From the NCBI GenBank assembly GCA_040389905.1, contig JAZJZK010000007.1, positions 415,492 through 479,491 of the forward strand: a stretch of DNA of 64,000 nt, in the 5' to 3' direction. Under the pieces are notes generated by a model. The model was not told the DNA's origin, ran no database searches, and saw only the letters and a list, made by a program, of their open reading frames with translations. Positions within the stretch are counted from its first letter, which is position 1. Each line of letters begins with the position of its first letter. Made by a program: the position numbers and the translations under genes. The stretch comes from Gemmatimonadota bacterium (GTDB taxonomy: Bacteria; Gemmatimonadota; Gemmatimonadetes; Gemmatimonadales; Gemmatimonadaceae). This document shows, in pieces, positions 26,621-34,437 of this stretch.

Positions 26621-29600
26621 ATGCTCATCTTTCTCTGTATCGCGTTCGTGCTCTCTGGCGCCGCAGGTCTGGTCTACGAGTCGATCTGGACTCGGTATCT
26701 GGGGCTCTTCGTCGGCCACAGCGCATACGCGCAGGTCCTCGTCCTGGTCATCTTCCTCGGCGGCATGTCGGCCGGGGCGTACCTTGTGGGCCGGCGCACT
26801 GAGCGCGTGGTGCGACCGCTCTTCTGGTACGCGATGGTTGAACTCGCGGTCGGCGTCATCGGCCTGATGTTCCACGACGTGTTCCTGTGGGGCACGCAGA
26901 TGGCGTACGATTCGCTGTTCCCCGCGCTCGGACCCGGCATCTCGCATTCGTTTGCGAAGTGGCTCATCGCCGCGCTGCTGATCCTCCCGCAATCCATCCT
27001 GCTTGGCGCGACGTTCCCGCTGATGACGGCGGGCGCTCTGCGTCGAAACGCGGAACGTTCGGGACGAACGATTTCTCTCCTGTATTTCGCGAACAGCCTC
27101 GGCGCCGCGGGGGGCGTGCTCGTCGCAGGCTTCGTGCTGATCGACCTCGCAGGCCTGCCGGGAACGCTCGCCGCCGCGGCAATCCTCAACCTCATTGTCG
27201 CGGGCGCGGTGTTCATGGTGTCGCGCCGCTTCGAGGCCAACGTGGTCGTGGACGGCGCCAACGACAACACCGGTGAGGTGCGGGTCCTTCGCTCCGCTCA
27301 GGACGACAAAGCACCCATGGTGCTGTCGGATCACATGGTGCAGCTGCTCCTCGCCGTCAGCTTCGGCACCGCCGTGTCGTCCTTCGTGTATGAGATCGGC
27401 TGGATTCGCATGTTGTCGCTCGTCCTCGGATCCGCAACGCATTCGTTCGAGCTCATGCTCTCGGCGTTCATCCTCGGGCTGGCCTGCGGCGCCCTCGCGA
27501 TTCGAGCGAGGAACGACGGCGCGTCGTCGTCGGTGCGGACACTGGGGTACGTGCAGCTTGCCATGGGAGCGCTCGCGGTCGTGACGCTGCCCGTGTACGT
27601 CCACTCGTTCACGTGGATGGCAGACTTCATGGCGGCCTTCACGCGCGCGCCGGCCGGCTACAAGATGTTCAGCCTCTCGCGCTACTTCATCTGCCTCGTG
27701 GTCATGATACCGGCGACCTTCTGTGCGGGCATGACGTTGCCGCTCATCACGCGGCTCCTCTTGCGTGGTGGCCGCGGCGAGCGCGCGATTGGAGAAGTGT
27801 ATGCCGTCAATACCCTCGGTTCGATCGTCGGGGTGACGCTCGCGGCCCTGGTCCTGCTCCCGCTGCTCGGACTCAAGTGGTTGCTCATCGCCGGCGCGTC
27901 GATCGACGTCGCGCTGGGTGTCATCCTGATCGCGTCTGAAATCGGTACCGGTGCGCTCTGGCCTGCGCGGCGGCAGTGGGCACCGGCACTCAGCGTGGTC
28001 GCACTGTTTTTTCTCGTCGGAGCCACGACGGACTTCGATCGCGGCGTGCTCACGAGCGGCGTCTTCCGCTACGGCACCGCGCGCGCACCACGAACACCGG
28101 ATATGGCATTCTACGCTGACGGGCGTACCGCGACGGTCAGTGTGCGGCGCATCAGCTCGAGTCATGGCCTCTCCCTCTCCACCAATGGCAAGCCCGACGC
28201 ATCGCTTGGACCGGAATGGTTTCGTCCGCCGGGTGAGCGCACCGTGTTCACGCACGATGCGTCGACGCAGGTGTTGCTGCCGTTGATCCTGCTCGCGCAC
28301 GCTCCGCATGCACGCGTTGCCGCGGTCGTGGGGCAGGGATCAGGCATGTCATCGCACACGTTGCTTCAGGACCGGGACCTGACACGCGTGGTCACCATCG
28401 AGATCGAGCCTGAAATGATTCGGGCATCGAGGCAATTCTATCCAGCGAATGCGAGCGTGTTCGACGATCCCCGCTCGACATTCGCCATCGAGGATGCGCG
28501 CTCCTATTTCGCGTCGCGCAACGAGCGCTTCGACCTCATTCTTTCTGAGCCATCGACACCGTGGGTTGCCGGTGTGTCGGGGTTGTTCACGACAGAATAC
28601 TACGCGCACGTCCGCAGGTTCCTGATGCCGGCGGGTGTGTTCGGTCAATGGCTCCATCTGTCGGAGATCAACGATGGCCTCGTGTTGAGCGTGATCCGCG
28701 CACTGGCCGAAAACTTCCCTTCGTATGTCGTGTATGCGGTGGGGAATCGTGACATCCTCATCGTCGCCACCAATCAACGAACGCTGTCGGCACCAGACTG
28801 GTCGGTGTTCCAGCGCGAAGCCATCGCGAGAGAGCTGAGCCGGATTTTGCCGCTTTCTTTGCCCATTCTCGACGCGCTGCGCATGGTCAGCGGCGCAGCC
28901 CTCGCACCGCTCACCGGTGGCGGCGGTGGAAACTCCGACTTCATCCCGACGCTCGATCTCGGGGCTGAAAAGAGTCGCTTTCTGAATGAAGGCGCTGTGG
29001 GATTCGTCGGACTCGCAAGCGATCGCTTTGCGCTGGCGCCAATCCTCGAGGAGCGAAGAACGTCTGCGCTCGGCGAGACATACACGCCGATTCAGTATGT
29101 GCCACGGCTCGAGGCCATGGAGCAGTCTGCTCGCTGGCGGACGGGAAAGTTCGCCGGCGCGTCGCAGCAAATGCTTGCCGCATTCGAGCGCGCACGGTCC
29201 GTCGATCGGCTGATCGCCGCCAATGCGCCACCCGTTGACTGGCACGTGCTGGTCGGCGCCGTGGAGGAAGCCGAGGAAGTGCGGAGCGGCGGGACCTCAG
29301 GTGTCGTGGACAGTGCGTTTTTCGCAGGAGTCTTTCGGTATCTCGATGCGCAGCACGCGCCCCGAGAGGCGCATGCGGCAATCGAATTCATTCATGGGTT
29401 GTCCGCATGGGACTTTACGCAGGTGTCACAGGCGGCCGACGTTCTCATGGCTGCGGCAGAACGAAGTGACCTCTGGATGCCCGCAGACCTGCTGCGGGAG
29501 GGCACGACCGTCGCGCGCATCAAGCTCGGCGACATGCGGGGCGCTCGCTCCGCCTTCAATGCGCTGGCGGCTCGCAGCACGCGCGATGCGAACGATGCCC

Positions 29601-29665
29601 GCCCGCAACTGTTGAACGCGTGGCTGAAGGCGGACGAAGCGCGCGTGGTGCGCGCGAGCAAATAG
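26621..29665 (+). CDS. Fused MFS-like/spermidine-synthase-like membrane protein
   Basis: SGAAGLVYE and LYFANSLG repeated in two TM blocks; then NGKPDAS, VVGQGSGMS, IEIEPEM, EDAR and SEPSTPW SAM-binding fold. Start is 26588 or 26621. Confidence 0.85.
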   Translation: MLIFLCIAFVLSGAAGLVYESIWTRYLGLFVGHSAYAQVLVLVIFLGGMSAGAYLVGRRTERVVRPLFWYAMVELAVGVIGLMFHDVFLWGTQMAYDSLFPALGPGISHSFAKWLIAALLILPQSILLGATFPLMTAGALRRNAERSGRTISLLYFANSLGAAGGVLVAGFVLIDLAGLPGTLAAAAILNLIVAGAVFMVSRRFEANVVVDGANDNTGEVRVLRSAQDDKAPMVLSDHMVQLLLAVSFGTAVSSFVYEIGWIRMLSLVLGSATHSFELMLSAFILGLACGALAIRARNDGASSSVRTLGYVQLAMGALAVVTLPVYVHSFTWMADFMAAFTRAPAGYKMFSLSRYFICLVVMIPATFCAGMTLPLITRLLLRGGRGERAIGEVYAVNTLGSIVGVTLAALVLLPLLGLKWLLIAGASIDVALGVILIASEIGTGALWPARRQWAPALSVVALFFLVGATTDFDRGVLTSGVFRYGTARAPRTPDMAFYADGRTATVSVRRISSSHGLSLSTNGKPDASLGPEWFRPPGERTVFTHDASTQVLLPLILLAHAPHARVAAVVGQGSGMSSHTLLQDRDLTRVVTIEIEPEMIRASRQFYPANASVFDDPRSTFAIEDARSYFASRNERFDLILSEPSTPWVAGVSGLFTTEYYAHVRRFLMPAGVFGQWLHLSEINDGLVLSVIRALAENFPSYVVYAVGNRDILIVATNQRTLSAPDWSVFQREAIARELSRILPLSLPILDALRMVSGAALAPLTGGGGGNSDFIPTLDLGAEKSRFLNEGAVGFVGLASDRFALAPILEERRTSALGETYTPIQYVPRLEAMEQSARWRTGKFAGASQQMLAAFERARSVDRLIAANAPPVDWHVLVGAVEEAEEVRSGGTSGVVDSAFFAGVFRYLDAQHAPREAHAAIEFIHGLSAWDFTQVSQAADVLMAAAERSDLWMPADLLREGTTVARIKLGDMRGARSAFNALAARSTRDANDARPQLLNAWLKADEARVVRASK
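27275..27308 (-). repeat. Family-A palindromic repeat arm lying in frame inside the CDS
   Basis: GAGGTGCGGGTCCTTCGCTCCGCTCAGGACGACA closely matches the reverse complement of intergenic 50942-50976; it translates as EVRVLRSAQDD. Confidence 0.75.
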
Positions 29666-29671
29666 GGTTCG

Positions 29672-30214
29672 CTATTTCGGCAGCTTATCGAGCATCGCCT
29701 GCGCCATGGCCATGTGGGCCTGGAATGCGGGCGCGACCTTCGTGACGAGATCCTTGACCTCCTGATTCTTGAGCGCGGGAAGCAAGGTCGTCGTCACCGC
29801 GTCGATGACGGCCTTGTGATAGGCCACTTCGTGCGCGAGGAACACGCGATCGAACGCTGCGCCTTTTGTGGCCTTGAGCTTGGCGAGCGCCGCAATGTGG
29901 TCCTTCGCCATCGCGAAATCTTTTGGCGGCGTGGGCGTTACACCGAGCTTCTTGGCCAGGTCGCGTCCTTGTTGGCGGACCGCCTTGTGGTCGCGCACCA
30001 GCTGGGTCGCGAAGTCGCGAACCTCCTTCGAGGTACCCTTCGTCACGGCGAGCTGGCCGGTCTCGATATCCCAGGTGTTTGCCGCGTCGAAGATCGCGAC
30101 GATGGTCGGATCGTCGAGCTTTGGTGCCGCTTGGGACTGTGCCTGCTTCGCGAGAAGCGCAGAGGACAGGGTCAGGATCATCGCGGTCGTGATGCGTGCG
30201 TGGCGCAGTGACAT
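29672..30214 (-). CDS. DUF4142 (ferritin-like) exported protein
   Basis: Signal peptide; ANTWDIETGQLA, VRDFATQLVRDH, AFDRVFLAHEVAYH and AH near the C-terminus; start at ATG 30214. Confidence 0.85.
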   Translation of the reverse strand: MSLRHARITTAMILTLSSALLAKQAQSQAAPKLDDPTIVAIFDAANTWDIETGQLAVTKGTSKEVRDFATQLVRDHKAVRQQGRDLAKKLGVTPTPPKDFAMAKDHIAALAKLKATKGAAFDRVFLAHEVAYHKAVIDAVTTTLLPALKNQEVKDLVTKVAPAFQAHMAMAQAMLDKLPK

Positions 30215-30302
30215 GGGCGCAGAATCCTCTCGAAAGTGAATGCCGTCGGCGTGATTCGCGGAAATGCGATCGTCGCGGACGAGCGGAGGATGCACGGTCG
30301 CC

Positions 30303-30336
30303 AATAATTTGTCAAGTAATTACTGGTGTTATTATT
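30303..30336. promoter_or_regulatory. AT-rich dyad-symmetric operator between the divergent DUF4142 and HTH regulator genes
   Basis: AATAAT-N6-AGTAATTACT-N6-ATTATT; both palindromes share the axis 30319/30320. Confidence 0.7.
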
Positions 30337-30374
30337 CGACGACGTATATTTGGCCGTTCACAGCGGAGGGCGCC

Positions 30375-31010
30375 ATGCGCTGGTGGGAAAAGCAGATCGG
30401 GGGAAAAACCCGCGGGCGGATCATCGCGCTGCTCCGCCGCGCGGAGCGCACGGTCGAAGAGATCGCCGCCGACCTGGGCGTGACGGACAATGCCGTGCGC
30501 GGCCAGCTTCAGTTGCTCGAGCGTGAAGGCCTGGTGTCGACGAATGGGACGCGCCCACATGCAGTTGGCGCCGGCAAGCCGTCGCTCGTCTATCGCGTAG
30601 CGCCAGGTTCCGACGCGGCGCTGTCGACAGCCTACGCTCCGGTGTTGATCGCACTGCTCAGCACGCTGGGCGAACGTCTGACCCCTGGCGAACTCGAACG
30701 TGTGCTACGAGAGGCGGGCCAGCGACTCGCGGGCGGGGGGCCGGTTTCGAAGTCGCTCGAGGAGCGAGTTCACGCGGCCGCTCAGTTACTCACGTCGCTG
30801 GGGGCGGAACTGGATGTCGAGCAGACGGAGACTGGATACCGGCTGCGCGGGTACGCCTGTCCGCTCGCCGCAGCGGTGGAGCGGCAGCCTCTGTCGTGTG
30901 TCGCCATCCAGGAACTCGTCGCCTCGCTGACGCAGGCTGACGTGCGCGAATGCTGTGATCGCAGCAACGGGGCGCGGTGTCGCTTCGAGATCGCCGCGCG
31001 ATCGGCGTAA
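30375..31010 (+). CDS. ArsR/SufR-like (COG2345-type) HTH regulator with C-terminal cysteines
   Basis: TRGRIIALL..TVEEIAADLGVTDNAVRGQL..GKP..Y; CP..C..CC..RC; GGAGG Shine-Dalgarno before ATG 30375. Confidence 0.85.
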   Translation: MRWWEKQIGGKTRGRIIALLRRAERTVEEIAADLGVTDNAVRGQLQLLEREGLVSTNGTRPHAVGAGKPSLVYRVAPGSDAALSTAYAPVLIALLSTLGERLTPGELERVLREAGQRLAGGGPVSKSLEERVHAAAQLLTSLGAELDVEQTETGYRLRGYACPLAAAVERQPLSCVAIQELVASLTQADVRECCDRSNGARCRFEIAARSA

Positions 31011-31013
31011 GTA

Positions 31014-31100
31014 CGGGCAGGGTGGGATTCGAACCCACGATACCCTTGCGGGTACGCCGGTTTTCAAGACCGGTTCCTTCAACCACTCAGACACCTGCCC
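31014..31100 (-). tRNA. tRNA-Ser (anticodon TGA), no encoded CCA
   Basis: GGGCAGGTGTCTGAGTGG...CCGGT-CT-TGA-AA-ACCGG, variable arm GTACCCGCAAGGGTAT, GGGTTCGAATCCC. Confidence 0.96.
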
Positions 31101-31206
31101 CAGGGACGCCTTCGCGCCCATCAGACGAAAAATCACCAGTCGCGTTCTTTCGCGCCAGTGAGCGGCGAGGCGGTCAAGCATCTGACACGCAACTCAGCCG
31201 AGGTGG

Positions 31207-31333
31207 GCACCGGCACATTGAACGCGGATCGAGCGGATATAGGGCGGATCACATCTGAGGAACAACCTCAACACAGCTTGAATCAGATTTGATCAGTTTC
31301 CATTCGCTCAATCCGCGTTCAATGTGCCGGTGC
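31207..31333. repeat. Family-C (CGGAT-array) MITE-like element
   Basis: Terminal inverted repeats GCACCGGCACATTGAACGCGGAT / ATCCGCGTTCAATGTGCCGGTGC; left 30 nt identical to 55936-55965. Confidence 0.85.
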
Positions 31334-31370
31334 GAAGCCACCTAACGTAGAAGGCCACGACGAGGCGGAG

Positions 31371-32291
31371 TCACGCCGTGCTTGGTGCCGCTTTCTCCCT
31401 GGTCGCTGCGAGGAGCAGCGTCAGTGCCGTATAGAGCACCACGACGAGCACGAGCCACATCAGATACTTGAGCGGCATCGACTTCACGATGAACGCCGCG
31501 ATGAGGACTGCCGGAAGGCCGCCGATCGCGAGCCCCAGCACCGCCTTCGCGTTGAATGCCTTCTCCTTGATGAAGCGCGCGCTCGCGACGGGCATCAGGA
31601 AGGCGCACGACCCCATCATGATCGGGAACGCGGCCTTGGGATCCATTCCGAGCAGGTAAATGAGCACCATGCAGGGCCCGTAGAGACCGATGCCAAGCGG
31701 CATCAGTGCGCCGAGGACAAAGTTGCCGGCCAACCCGATGGCGAGCCGACTGCCTTCGAGCTTGAGGAGTGTACCTCCCTTCGGTCCGATCCCGAGCTGC
31801 CCCATCAACAGAATGGCCGAGAAGATGAGTAGCGCGAGACCCATGCTGATCTGGATGTTGCGGCGCGGCCACCCCACCGCCACGCCGGCGCCGATCCACG
31901 ACCCGATGACGGCGGCGCCGATCATGAGAATGAGCGTCATCGAGTCCACCGGCACGAGCCGCGTGAAGATGTACGCCTGCGCGATCGTGGGGATGGTATG
32001 ACCGATGTTGAGCGTCGCGGGAATGTGCTCATCGATCACCATCCGCCATTGGCGGAAAATCGCGGTGGTGGTCGCGAACGAGCCAATGCCGAGCGTGTCG
32101 AAGAAGTTCGTGACGAAACCCGTGATGAGGCCCGGTGCGTCCGGACGCACGGCAGATCCCTGGTCCGCGCGCGCGACCTTGATGCCGCGGGTGAGGACCA
32201 CGAGATAGAACACGCCGATCACGGCGAGGGCGACGAAGAGAGCGGTCTTGAGGTCGAGGGCGCTGGCAGGCGCGTTCGATTGCAGAAGCAT
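31371..32291 (-). CDS. TauE/SafE-family (sulfite-exporter-like) permease
   Basis: Polytopic; TNFFDTLGIGSFATTT, LGIGLYGP and AFPIMMGSCAFL motifs. Confidence 0.82.
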   Translation of the reverse strand: MLLQSNAPASALDLKTALFVALAVIGVFYLVVLTRGIKVARADQGSAVRPDAPGLITGFVTNFFDTLGIGSFATTTAIFRQWRMVIDEHIPATLNIGHTIPTIAQAYIFTRLVPVDSMTLILMIGAAVIGSWIGAGVAVGWPRRNIQISMGLALLIFSAILLMGQLGIGPKGGTLLKLEGSRLAIGLAGNFVLGALMPLGIGLYGPCMVLIYLLGMDPKAAFPIMMGSCAFLMPVASARFIKEKAFNAKAVLGLAIGGLPAVLIAAFIVKSMPLKYLMWLVLVVVLYTALTLLLAATREKAAPSTA

Positions 32292-32433
32292 GAATCCGCG
32301 GGCAGGGGGAAGTGCGGCGCGGGGCCGCGTGACGAGCCGGAAGGGTGGGAGTTCTCCTTACTGGATACTGCGCGCAGCGCCACTCGGCAATGGGTCAACG
32401 TTGCGGGCCAGCCCAACGTACGGGCAACGGATG

Positions 32434-32450
32434 TTGGATACCATATCCGA
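32434..32450. promoter_or_regulatory. Candidate GntR operator in the divergent promoter region
   Basis: TTGGATA-CCA-TATCCGA imperfect palindrome; an extra TGGATAC half-site near 32362. Confidence 0.45.
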
Positions 32451-32508
32451 ATCACTGTTCTTCCCTCGAACCGCGCGTAGCTTTGTACCACATTCTTTCG
32501 AGACGCAA

Positions 32509-33285
32509 ATGACGGGACGACGCACCCTGAACGGAAAGACCGCCATCGTCAAGGACGCGATCATGCGGCCTGCGGTGGGCCGCGTTGCCGTGTTTCCCAT
32601 CAAGCGCGAAACATTGACCGGCATGACCGCGGACGCGTTGCGCGAGCGGATCCTGCGGGGCGACTACCCCGAGGGCGAGCCGCTGCGTCAGGACGCCATC
32701 GCCGATGAATTCGGCGTGAGCAGGATCCCCGTGCGGGAGGCGCTCCGTCAGCTCGAAGCCGAAGGGCTCGTCACCTTCAATCCCCATCGCGGTGCCGTCG
32801 TCTCGACGCTCTCGATTCAGGAGATTATCGAACTCTTCGAGGTACGCGCCGAGCTCGAGAGCGATCTCATTCGGCGCGCGATCCCCAACATGACCTCGCA
32901 GGACGACTCGCGTGCACGTGAGATCCTCGCCGCGTACGACGCCGCCATCCGGAACGGCGAGGTGATGTCGTGGGGTGAGCTCAACTGGCAATTCCACGCC
33001 GTCCTGTATGCCCCGTCGAACCGGCTGTTCACCCTGGGCATCGTGAACAAGCTGCACCAACAGAGCGACCGCTACATGCGCATGCTCCTCGCGCTGGCAC
33101 ATGTCGAGCAGCGCGCGAAGCAGGAGCACCGCGACATTGCCGTGGCGGCCCGTGCGAGAGACGTCAAGCGCGCATCCCGCCTGATGCGCGAGCACATACT
33201 CAGCGCCGGCCGAATTCTCGTCGCGTTTCTCGAGGAGCACCGTTCCGCCAGGGCGAAAAAAACAAGGCGCCGAGCCGCACCCTGA
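32509..33285 (+). CDS. GntR/FCD-family transcriptional regulator
   Basis: LRERILRG..GEPLRQD..FGVSRIPVREAL, N..FH and EH..I motifs; start uncertain (32509 or later). Confidence 0.9.
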   Translation: MTGRRTLNGKTAIVKDAIMRPAVGRVAVFPIKRETLTGMTADALRERILRGDYPEGEPLRQDAIADEFGVSRIPVREALRQLEAEGLVTFNPHRGAVVSTLSIQEIIELFEVRAELESDLIRRAIPNMTSQDDSRAREILAAYDAAIRNGEVMSWGELNWQFHAVLYAPSNRLFTLGIVNKLHQQSDRYMRMLLALAHVEQRAKQEHRDIAVAARARDVKRASRLMREHILSAGRILVAFLEEHRSARAKKTRRRAAP

Positions 33286-33347
33286 CGTTCGCGGCCGCAC
33301 ACGAGTCGATTCATTGGAACCCCGACAAACACGAGGACGAAACACGA

Positions 33348-34244
33348 ATGGATAAGCGCGACTGGGCCGGAGTATTCGCTGCGATCACCACGCCGTTTCA
33401 CGACGACCTGTCCGTCGATCACGCTGCGTTGGCGGAACATGTCACATGGCTCATCGAGAACGGCTGCATTGGCATCGTGGCACTCGGGTCACTGGGCGAG
33501 TCGCAGACACTGTCGTCGGACGAAAAGATCCAGATTCTCGAGACGATTCGCGCAACGCTGCCCGCGACGGTTCCGGTCATCGCCGGCATCGCTGGCCTGA
33601 GCACCGCCGATTGCGTTTCGCTCGCGCGCCGGTCGGCGGACGCCGGCTGCGATGGGCTCATGGTCCTTCCCGCCTATGTGTACAAGGGAGATTGGCGCGA
33701 GACCAAGGCGCATTACAGCGCCGTCATTGGCGCGACCGGTTTGTCGTGCATGCTGTACAACAACCCGATTGCCTATGGCGTCGACGTCGTGCCGGATCAG
33801 CTGGCGGAGCTCGCCGAGCTACACGCGAATCTTCATGCGGTAAAGGAATCCAGCGGAGAAGTGCGCCGCGTCACCCACGTCCGCGCGCGACTGGGCGACC
33901 GCCTGGCGATCTTCGCCGGCATGGACGACATGATTCTCGAAAGTATTCCGATGGGGGCCGTCGGCTGGATCGCCGGACTCGTGAACGCGTTTCCAGAAGA
34001 ATCGGTTCGCCTGTTCAATCTCGGTCGCGACGGCAAGATGGATGAGGCGCGTGCGCTCTACGAGTGGTTCCTTCCGCTCCTGCGACTCGATACGGTGCCA
34101 AAATTCGTCCAGCTGATCAAGCTCGTGCAGGCGGAAGTCGGGCATGGTAGCGCGACCGTTCGGCCGCCGCGGCTGGAGTTGGCTGGTGCCGAGCTCGAAG
34201 AAACGCTGGCGCTGATTCGGGAGCATCTGGCCGTGGCCCGCTAA
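33348..34244 (+). CDS. Dihydrodipicolinate-synthase-family lyase (GSLGE subtype, pyrroline-4-hydroxy-2-carboxylate deaminase-like)
   Basis: AITTPF, GSLGE, MLYNNP, VKESSG and GWIAGLVNAFP motifs. Confidence 0.85.
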   Translation: MDKRDWAGVFAAITTPFHDDLSVDHAALAEHVTWLIENGCIGIVALGSLGESQTLSSDEKIQILETIRATLPATVPVIAGIAGLSTADCVSLARRSADAGCDGLMVLPAYVYKGDWRETKAHYSAVIGATGLSCMLYNNPIAYGVDVVPDQLAELAELHANLHAVKESSGEVRRVTHVRARLGDRLAIFAGMDDMILESIPMGAVGWIAGLVNAFPEESVRLFNLGRDGKMDEARALYEWFLPLLRLDTVPKFVQLIKLVQAEVGHGSATVRPPRLELAGAELEETLALIREHLAVAR

Positions 34245-34273
34245 TTCGCGAATGAAAGCGTCTACAGTTTGAG

Positions 34274-34343
34274 GAACGGATACGAACGGATGCAACGAAA
34301 AGGGCCGGATCAGGCGCTTCCCGTTGCATCCGTTGTTTCGGTT
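34274..34343. repeat. Degenerate CGGAT-array inverted repeat
   Basis: AACGGATGCAACG (34285-34297) pairs with CGTTGCATCCGTT (34322-34334), with extra CGGAT units. Confidence 0.65.
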
Positions 34344-34366
34344 TGGTAGCCCATGGCGCTGCAGCA

Positions 34367-34409
34367 TTGACAGCCGCAGTAGCGTGTAATTAACTATTAC
34401 ATAGTTAAT
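34367..34409 (+). promoter_or_regulatory. Sigma70-like promoter with an overlapping palindromic operator upstream of the M56 gene
   Basis: TTGACA (34367) + 17 nt + TTAACT (34390); ATTAACTAT-TAC-ATAGTTAAT perfect dyad at 34389-34409. Confidence 0.7.
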
Positions 34410-34437
34410 AGATGGCAACCCTTCTGGGGACCGCCTG

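Noticed and set aside
31014..31100. Possible tRNA-Sec, given the long variable arm and selA in the window
   Set aside because: The anticodon is TGA (reads UCA, Ser), not TCA, and the acceptor stem is a normal 7 bp.
26423..31100. Genomic island between the two tRNA-Ser genes
   Set aside because: No integrase and no duplicated tRNA 3' end (att) found; the two tRNAs are different isoacceptors.
33348..34244. dapA
   Set aside because: GSLGE replaces the GTTGE motif, and the GntR context suggests catabolism.
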